Shown here piece by piece: positions 29,642 to 36,148 of a stretch of DNA of 36,148 nucleotides. The notes below the pieces were generated by a model. The model did not search any database. It was given only the letters and a program-made list of their open reading frames with translations, and was not told the DNA's origin. How positions within the stretch are numbered: the first letter of the stretch is position 1; each line of letters opens with the position of its first letter. This DNA is from an uncultured Bacilli bacterium (GTDB taxonomy: Bacteria > Bacillota_I > Bacilli_A > RF39 > UBA660). The stretch spans positions 1-36,148 of the forward strand of contig CANRIE010000108.1 of the NCBI GenBank assembly GCA_947630585.1, in the 5' to 3' direction. The position numbers and the translations under genes were made by a program.

Positions 29642-30313
29642 ATGAAAAAGAAGTATTATTTATTTGAAATGAAGGGGGCGTTTCTCCAAATACTATCTAT
29701 AGTTATTTTAATTATAATGGGACTCTTAACATTTCTAATTTATAAACCAATTAATGTAAGTGATATTGATTTTATTATTATCTTTTTAATAATGATACCA
29801 TATTTAGTTGTTCATGAAATATTACATAGTATCTCGTATGTTTTAAATGGTGCTAAGTTTAAAAATGTAACTTATGGTGTTCATCTTGAAAAAGGAGTTT
29901 TATGTTGTTTATGTAAACAAAATATTAGTAAAAGAAATATTTTAATATCTTTAATAACACCTTTTGTCGTAATTGGAGTTATTACTTATATAATTGGATT
30001 AATTACTAGTAACTTTGTTTTAATAGTTTTATCAGTTATAAATATAGCTGGTTGTAGTGGTGATTTAGTTATGTTTTTCGATTTTTTAAGGCTTAAAGAT
30101 TTTGAATACTCTGAGTATGATAATCCAATGGCTTTTGGTATATATTCGAAAAAAGATTTAAGTAAGAAAAAGATGTTAGGACTTAAGTTTATTGAAACTA
30201 AAGATAAATTAGAAATTAAAGATTTAAAGAAAGTTACCGTTAGTAAATTTAGTATTATCGTTTTAATTATGTATTTTGTGCTTGGAATAATTAATATAGT
30301 TTTATATATATAA
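29642..30313 (+). CDS. DUF3267 family membrane metalloprotease-like protein
   Basis: HEILH (HExxH), LITPFVV, NIAGCSGD. Confidence 0.8.
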   Translation: MKKKYYLFEMKGAFLQILSIVILIIMGLLTFLIYKPINVSDIDFIIIFLIMIPYLVVHEILHSISYVLNGAKFKNVTYGVHLEKGVLCCLCKQNISKRNILISLITPFVVIGVITYIIGLITSNFVLIVLSVINIAGCSGDLVMFFDFLRLKDFEYSEYDNPMAFGIYSKKDLSKKKMLGLKFIETKDKLEIKDLKKVTVSKFSIIVLIMYFVLGIINIVLYI

Positions 30314-30378
30314 ACCCTTGAGATATTTCCTGTTAAAAATTTAAAAATATAGTATAGTGGTATCCGAAGGGAGAGATT

Positions 30379-31233
30379 ATGAAGCAAGATAAAATTGGAA
30401 AATTTATAGCTGATGCAAGAAAAAAGAAAAAAATGACGCAGGCAATGTTAGCTGAAAAATTAGGAGTATCAGATAGGACAATTGGAAATTGGGAGAATGG
30501 CAGGAATATGCCTGATTTATCATTATTTAAGCCACTATGTGAATGTTTAGATATTTCAATTTATGAATTATTAAATGGAGAAAAAATATCTGATGATAAT
30601 GATATTAAGAAAGAAGAAGCTATTTACAAAACAATTGACTATACTAAAAAGACAATAACTCATGAAAAACGAATTTTTAAAACAATTTTAGTAACAATAA
30701 TTATTCTTGTAGGAACATTAATAACCTTATTTCTAATTGACATTAATAGAATGAGAAATAATAAACCTGTTTTCTTTAGTACTTGGGGTTATTTATACAC
30801 ACCAGCTATAAATTTAGATAGTGCAAAAATTGAAAATACAATTAAAAATTACTTAATTGAAGAAGCTGAAGAAGGTAAGCACCATGATAATGAAAAAGCT
30901 TTTGTTAGTATGAAAACTTATTTAATAAGGGAACAAAAAGATAAATATTATCTTTATACTTGGGTTTTAGAAAATAGTTATTACGTGGAAAACTCGGAAA
31001 TTAAATTAGATTCAGGATATTCAATGCCATTTAAGTTTGAGGTTATGAAAAAAGATGATGAATTTATAGTAACTAATAAATTGTTTCCAAGAGATGGTAG
31101 TTATTATAAAACTGATATGAAAAAAATATTTCCAAATGATGTTTTAAAAGAGATGGATAATTTTTATTATGATGGTACAGAAGAGGAATTAAAGACTGAT
31201 ATTGATAATCAAATTAAGTTATATTTTCATTAA
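30379..31233 (+). CDS. XRE-family HTH protein with a TM helix and an extracellular domain
   Basis: IGKFIADARKKKKMTQAMLAEKLGVSDRTIGNWENGRNMPD; TM ILVTIIILVGTLITLFLI. Confidence 0.85.
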   Translation: MKQDKIGKFIADARKKKKMTQAMLAEKLGVSDRTIGNWENGRNMPDLSLFKPLCECLDISIYELLNGEKISDDNDIKKEEAIYKTIDYTKKTITHEKRIFKTILVTIIILVGTLITLFLIDINRMRNNKPVFFSTWGYLYTPAINLDSAKIENTIKNYLIEEAEEGKHHDNEKAFVSMKTYLIREQKDKYYLYTWVLENSYYVENSEIKLDSGYSMPFKFEVMKKDDEFIVTNKLFPRDGSYYKTDMKKIFPNDVLKEMDNFYYDGTEEELKTDIDNQIKLYFH

Positions 31234-31312
31234 AAATTGAAGATAAAAAAATAAATAAAAAGTAATTAGAAAAGAAAGAAAAATTAAAAAAATAAAAATA
31301 AATGTCAATTAC

Positions 31313-31359
31313 AACTTTGCTACGAATATTATTAAATATAAAGAGTATTCGAGCAAAGT
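31313..31359 (+). terminator. Long hairpin with T tract upstream of the nrdD promoter
   Basis: AACTTTGCT-A-CGAATATT ... AGTATTCG-AGCAAAGTT followed by TCTTTTTTT. Confidence 0.65.
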
Positions 31360-31439
31360 TTCTTTTTTTGAACGAAAATAAATGATACAAAAATAATGGT
31401 CAAAAAAAGGGTAAAAAATTAATTTGTAAATATTTTTAA

Positions 31440-31485
31440 ATTGTTGCAATTGCAACAATACAATCGACTTTTAATTTGCTATAAT
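31440..31485 (+). promoter_or_regulatory. nrdD promoter with a perfect 20-bp palindromic operator candidate
   Basis: ATTGTTGCAATTGCAACAAT (31440-31459); TGCTATAAT extended -10 ending at 31485. Confidence 0.6.
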
Positions 31486-31515
31486 GGACTTACTTAGTAG
31501 GAAGGAGTAGATAGA

Positions 31516-33708
31516 ATGAAAATAATTAAACGTGATGGAACATTCGTAGATTTTGAACCTGAAAAAATCGAGAATGCTATCCAAAAAGCTAATGCGGAGG
31601 TTGAGGAAGAAGAGAGAGTTTCGGATATTCAAATTAGGAATATCGTTAAATATATTGAAAAATTAAATAAGAAAAGGATTTTGGTTGAGGATGTTCAAGA
31701 TATAATTGAAAAGAGAATTATGGCTCTTGGAAAATATGAACTTGCTAAAAAATATATAACTTATCGTTATACAAGAGAGTTAGTAAGAAAGAGTAATACA
31801 ACAGATAAAACTATTAAAGAGTTAATAGATGGAGAATCTGAATATTGGAATACGGAAAATTCTAATAAGAATGCTAAAATAGTTACAGTTCAAAGAGATT
31901 ATTTAGCAGGAATTACAAGTTCTGATATTACCAGAAGATTCTTATTACCAGAAGATATCGTGGCAGCTCATGATTCTGGAATTATTCATTTCCATGATGC
32001 TGATTACTTTGCTCAAAATGCACTTCATAATTGTGATTTAATTAATCTTGAAGATATGCTTCAAAATGGAACTACTATTAATGGAGTTATGATTGAAAAA
32101 CCACATAGATTTTTAACGGCTATGACAATTGCAACCCAATTAATTACAGCCGTTTCATCTAGTCAATATGGAGGATGTACAATTTCTCTAACCCATTTAG
32201 CACCATTTGTAAGAGATAGTTATAAATTTTACTTAGAAAAATACAAGAAACGGAAATTTAAAAAAGAAGAATGTGAAAAATATGCTAAAGAAGATTTAAA
32301 GAAAGAAATAATTGATGGAGTTCAAACTTTCCAATATCAAATTAATTCCATGACAACAACTAATGGTCAAGCACCATTCTTAAGTGTTAATATGTATCTT
32401 GGAGAAACTTCGGAATATAAAGAAGAACTTGCTATGATTATTGAAGAAGTGTTAAATCAAAGAATTCTAGGTATGAAGAATGAAAAAGGTGTTTATATAA
32501 CTCCAGCATTCCCTAAACTTTTATATGTTCTTGAAGAAGATAACATTCATAAAGATAGTAAATATTACTATTTAACTGAACTTGCTGCTAAATGTACAGC
32601 TAAGAGAATGGTACCAGATTATATATCTGAAAAAGTAATGAAAGAATTAAAGAAAAATGAATATGGAGAAGGAGAATGTTATCCTTGTATGGGATGCCGT
32701 AGTTTCTTAACTCCTGATAGATCTATTTCATTAGGTAATATTGCTCATGCAAAAAATTATGTTGAAGGAAAAGGAAAATACTATGGTAGATTTAATCAAG
32801 GTGTTGTAACAATTAATCTTCCTGATGTTGCTTTATCATCTGAAAAAGATATGGATAGATTCTATGAAATATTAGAAGAAAGATTAGAACTTTGCCATAG
32901 GGCTTTAAAAATTAGACATGAAAGACTAAGCCATGCTTTAAGTGATGTTGCACCTATCCTTTGGCAACATGGAGCTTTAGCAAGACTTGAAAAGGGTGAG
33001 TCTATTCATGAATTATTACATCATGGTTACTCAACCATTTCCCTTGGATACGCTGGATTATACGAATGTGTTAAATATATGACAGGACACTCTCATACAG
33101 ATGGTGGCAAAGGCCATGACTTTGCAATTGATGTTATGGAAAGATTAAATGCAGCTTGTAAGAAATGGAAAGAAGCCGAAGATATTGATTACTCAGTTTA
33201 TGGAACTCCAATTGAATCAACAACTTATAAGTTTGCTAAAAAATTAAAAGAAAGATTTGGAATAATTAAAGGTATTACTGATAGAGATTATATAACTAAT
33301 TCTTATCATGTACCTGTATTTGAAGAAATAGATGCTTTTGAGAAATTAAGACTTGAAAGTGAATTTCAAAAGTTATCACCAGGTGGAGCCATTTCTTATG
33401 TTGAAACTCCTAATCTTCAAAATAATATTCCAGCTGTTCTTGAAATAATTAACTTTATTTATGACAATATCATGTATGCAGAACTTAATACTAAGAGTGA
33501 TTATTGTCAAGAGTGTGGCTATGACGGAGAAATTTTACTTGATGATAATTTAGAATGGTATTGTCCAAATTGTGGCAATAGAAATCATGATACTTTAAAT
33601 GTTGCAAGAAGAACATGTGGTTATATTGGAACTAACTTCTGGAATAAAGGAAGAACTCAAGAAATTAAAGAAAGAGTTTTACATGTTGATAATAAAGCCG
33701 ACGAATAG
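31516..33708 (+). CDS. nrdD: Anaerobic (class III) ribonucleoside-triphosphate reductase
   Basis: ATP-cone MKIIKRDG, IIHFHD, CMGCRS, CxxC...CxxC, RRTCGYI glycyl radical motif. Confidence 0.98.
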   Translation: MKIIKRDGTFVDFEPEKIENAIQKANAEVEEEERVSDIQIRNIVKYIEKLNKKRILVEDVQDIIEKRIMALGKYELAKKYITYRYTRELVRKSNTTDKTIKELIDGESEYWNTENSNKNAKIVTVQRDYLAGITSSDITRRFLLPEDIVAAHDSGIIHFHDADYFAQNALHNCDLINLEDMLQNGTTINGVMIEKPHRFLTAMTIATQLITAVSSSQYGGCTISLTHLAPFVRDSYKFYLEKYKKRKFKKEECEKYAKEDLKKEIIDGVQTFQYQINSMTTTNGQAPFLSVNMYLGETSEYKEELAMIIEEVLNQRILGMKNEKGVYITPAFPKLLYVLEEDNIHKDSKYYYLTELAAKCTAKRMVPDYISEKVMKELKKNEYGEGECYPCMGCRSFLTPDRSISLGNIAHAKNYVEGKGKYYGRFNQGVVTINLPDVALSSEKDMDRFYEILEERLELCHRALKIRHERLSHALSDVAPILWQHGALARLEKGESIHELLHHGYSTISLGYAGLYECVKYMTGHSHTDGGKGHDFAIDVMERLNAACKKWKEAEDIDYSVYGTPIESTTYKFAKKLKERFGIIKGITDRDYITNSYHVPVFEEIDAFEKLRLESEFQKLSPGGAISYVETPNLQNNIPAVLEIINFIYDNIMYAELNTKSDYCQECGYDGEILLDDNLEWYCPNCGNRNHDTLNVARRTCGYIGTNFWNKGRTQEIKERVLHVDNKADE

Positions 33709-33717
33709 GATTTTGAT

Positions 33718-34224
33718 ATGCGTTATAATATAATCAGAAAAATGGATATTGCTGATGGTCCAGGGGTTCGGGTATCAATATTCCTTCAAGGATGTGAATT
33801 TCATTGTAAAAATTGTTTTAATCAAGAAACTTGGGACTTTTCTAAAGGTAAAGAGTTTACTGACGAAGTCATTGAAAGAGTTATAGAACTTGCTAATAAA
33901 GAATATATTCAAGGCCTATCAATTCTAGGTGGAGAACCACTTCATCCTAAAAATATAGATGGATCAATTAAACTAGCTCGTGCTTTCAAAGAAAAGTATC
34001 CCGAGAAAGATATTTGGATATGGACAGGTTTCTTGTATGATGATATAGTAAATAAAGATATCTTAAACTATGTTGATGTTATAGTTGATGGAAGATATCA
34101 AGATGAATTACATGACTTTAGATTAAAATATCGTGGTTCATCTAATCAAAGAGTAATTGATGTTAAAAAAAGTCTTAAGAAAAAAGAAATTTGCTTACTT
34201 GATGAAGCAATGCAACTTACTTAA
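33718..34224 (+). CDS. nrdG: Anaerobic RNR activating enzyme
   Basis: DGPGVRVSIFLQGCEFHCKNCFN, GGEPL, RGSSNQR. Confidence 0.97.
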   Translation: MRYNIIRKMDIADGPGVRVSIFLQGCEFHCKNCFNQETWDFSKGKEFTDEVIERVIELANKEYIQGLSILGGEPLHPKNIDGSIKLARAFKEKYPEKDIWIWTGFLYDDIVNKDILNYVDVIVDGRYQDELHDFRLKYRGSSNQRVIDVKKSLKKKEICLLDEAMQLT

Positions 34225-34233
34225 TAGTTAATT

Positions 34234-34263
34234 AGATTAGTGTAGAAATATGCTAATCTTTTT
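34234..34263 (+). terminator. Terminator after nrdG
   Basis: AGATTAGTGT...ATGCTAATCT followed by TTTT. Confidence 0.75.
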
Positions 34264-34280
34264 CTGATTTAAATAAACAT

Positions 34281-34343
34281 TTAATCAAAACCTTAATCAA
34301 ATTTAATCAAATAGTTTCAAAATTTTTACTTTGGTAGTATAAT
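34281..34343 (+). promoter_or_regulatory. Promoter with three TTAATCAAA direct repeats
   Basis: TTAATCAAA at 34281, 34293 and 34303; weak -35 TTTCAA (34315)-N17-TATAAT (34338). Confidence 0.5.
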
Positions 34344-34380
34344 AATTAATGAAACAAAACATGTGAAAGTGGGTGAAATA

Positions 34381-35460
34381 ATGAAAATTAATTGTGATGG
34401 TATTATTCATAATCCACTTGGAGGAGCCTCATATATGTTTGAAAAAGAAATAATACCATATATTTTAAGGCAATATACAAAAAATATAATAAAAATTAGT
34501 GTTGGTGCTCAACCTAATTCTTCACCACATTTTGGTACCTTAGAAACAATAGCACTATCCTTTGGATTAGCATCAAATATTATGAAATATGATAAAAACA
34601 AGAAAGTTATAATTTTATATGAGGTAATTGATTCAGCACCAAGTGAAACAACAATAATAAATGGAATAAAATACCAAAAAAGTTTAAAATATACTGGAAA
34701 AATAAATGAATTTTTTAATGAATATTTAGAAATTTTAAATTATTATAAAAGTTTAACTGGTATTGATTATGAGATAAGGTATCAAAAGGAGTTTAATAGT
34801 CAACCTGAAATATCTAATATTATTAAAAAAATCATTAAAAATAAAGAATATATTAGTCCACGACTTGATCCGAAATATAATAAAATAAGAATTAGAATGC
34901 CTTGCCCAAAATGTGGACTAACTGATAAAAATAGTATTTTAAACAAATATGAAAATAATAGGATAATATTTAATTGTCCTATACATGGCGAGTATTATGC
35001 AAATTTGGATAAAGACACATCTATGCTAGAATATAATTCTCCATACCGAAATTTAATTAGATGTATATATTATACATTAGTTAACAATAATTCCAATTAC
35101 AATTATCAAATTCTTAGAGTAACAGGAAGTGATTATGCAGGATTTTATCAAGAGGAAATGAGATATAAATTGGCTTCTTATTTAGGATATCCTGCACATA
35201 CATTATCAATGATATTTTATGCACCACTTGTATTAGACTGGTCAGGAGCAAAAATGTCAAAATCTTTGTATGTTAAGGAAGGAGCTTATTCAGATATTCC
35301 AGCTGCTTTTATTAATTATAAATATTTAAAAAAAGCATATGGATTAGAAGGTTTAAAAAAATTGTATGATATTATTTGTAATTGGTTTGAAAAACCTTAT
35401 ATGCTTTTTAGACATTATACAATTTATTATTTTATAAAGGAGTTTGAAGAAAATGAATAA
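34381..35460 (+). CDS. Class I lysyl-tRNA synthetase-like protein, catalytic domain only
   Basis: HIGH-like PNSSPHFGT, Zn-ribbon CPKCG...CPIHG, GSDY, KMSKS; ends about 60 aa after KMSKS with no room for a full anticodon-binding domain. Confidence 0.7.
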   Translation: MKINCDGIIHNPLGGASYMFEKEIIPYILRQYTKNIIKISVGAQPNSSPHFGTLETIALSFGLASNIMKYDKNKKVIILYEVIDSAPSETTIINGIKYQKSLKYTGKINEFFNEYLEILNYYKSLTGIDYEIRYQKEFNSQPEISNIIKKIIKNKEYISPRLDPKYNKIRIRMPCPKCGLTDKNSILNKYENNRIIFNCPIHGEYYANLDKDTSMLEYNSPYRNLIRCIYYTLVNNNSNYNYQILRVTGSDYAGFYQEEMRYKLASYLGYPAHTLSMIFYAPLVLDWSGAKMSKSLYVKEGAYSDIPAAFINYKYLKKAYGLEGLKKLYDIICNWFEKPYMLFRHYTIYYFIKEFEENE

Positions 35461-35872
35461 TGCAATTTTTGTTAGTATTAATCCTATATCAATAGATAAG
35501 ATTGAAAAGAAAATTAAAACATATGAATTTAGAAATTATATTCCTAAAAAAAAATTTAATAAACTTTATGTGTATGTTACTTCTCCAATTTGTGAATTAA
35601 AATACATAATACAAATAGCAAATATAATTAGTACACCTCAAAAAATAGAAATTGGAGGAGATGGGAATGAATTGTTCAATGATGGAAAGAAATCAAAATA
35701 CGCATATCAAATTAGTAAAGTTTATAAATTAACTATTCCAATTAAATTATCTTCTTTAAAAGAAAAATTTAATTTTACTCCTCCACAAAGTTATGCATAC
35801 GATGAAAAATATCATGATCTTTCAATTTTTTTGGCTAAGAGTGAAAAAAAATTAATATGGGAAAGACAATAA
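35453..35872 (+). CDS. ASCH (PUA-like) domain protein
   Basis: SINPISIDKIEKKIKTYEFR (K..E.R), YVYVTSP, PPQSY; SD AAGGAG; 8-nt overlap (ATGAATAA) with the upstream gene. Confidence 0.8.
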   Translation: MNNAIFVSINPISIDKIEKKIKTYEFRNYIPKKKFNKLYVYVTSPICELKYIIQIANIISTPQKIEIGGDGNELFNDGKKSKYAYQISKVYKLTIPIKLSSLKEKFNFTPPQSYAYDEKYHDLSIFLAKSEKKLIWERQ

Positions 35873-36148
35873 TTTATAATTAAAATTATTATAATAATAA
35901 AATATACTTTTTTTTAGAAAAGCTGAATAATTCAATTCAATCTAAAATAATTGCTATTGGAAAAAGATGATGTTGCAAGTAATAGTATGAGTGATGCTAT
36001 GCTTCTGATGTAAATGAGGAATTTTGAAAAATTAGTCGGGTAATAATCCTGACAGCGAAAATATGCTAAAATTTTAACAAATCAGATTAGTAATAAGCGT
36101 GTTAATACGCTAATTTAGCCATTTTTTGCAAAAAAAATAAATACATAT

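Noticed and set aside
30316-30371. CCCTT.AGATA / TATCC.AAGGG pairing over the XRE gene SD
   Set aside because: Imperfect with a long loop; insufficient evidence for a switch
29986-30387. 133-aa minus-strand ORF
   Set aside because: Antisense to DUF3267; typical AT-rich shadow ORF
25872-31233. Integron-like cassette array or prophage
   Set aside because: No repeated attC-like sites, integrase or phage structural genes
36005-36061. Hammerhead ribozyme (CTGATG...CGAAA)
   Set aside because: Core is CUGAUGU rather than CUGANGA; no proper stem III or NUH site
1-36148. CRISPR array, tRNA, rRNA, IS element, LexA box before uvrA
   Set aside because: None recognised by eye; repeats found are explained by paralogy, low complexity or the clpP duplication

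Overview
Very AT-rich chromosomal window from a low-GC Firmicute/Bacilli-type organism, probably genome-reduced (inferred). It uses the standard code: it encodes RF2 and uses TGA as a stop. The backbone follows the Bacillus prfB...uvrA...lgt-trxB...whiA...clpP...gap gene order with several usual partners absent, followed by nrdDG. There is no integrase, transposase, tRNA, rRNA or CRISPR array. Accessory features of note: (1) a translationally coupled pair encoding a catalytic-domain-only class I LysRS-like enzyme and an ASCH protein, the best candidate for an undescribed system; (2) carD coupled to a stand-alone RNA polymerase alpha-CTD-like protein; (3) a lipoprotein gene bracketed by a 199-bp duplication of the clpP 3' end, missed by the ORF track; (4) lemA followed by three DUF2207 paralogues with 0, 2 and 1 extracellular domains; (5) a sortase with an adjacent VKQTG-type substrate; (6) a 21-bp TATCC..GTGGATA palindrome at the 3' side of two unrelated orphan genes. 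All family calls come from motif recognition by eye; no database searches were run.
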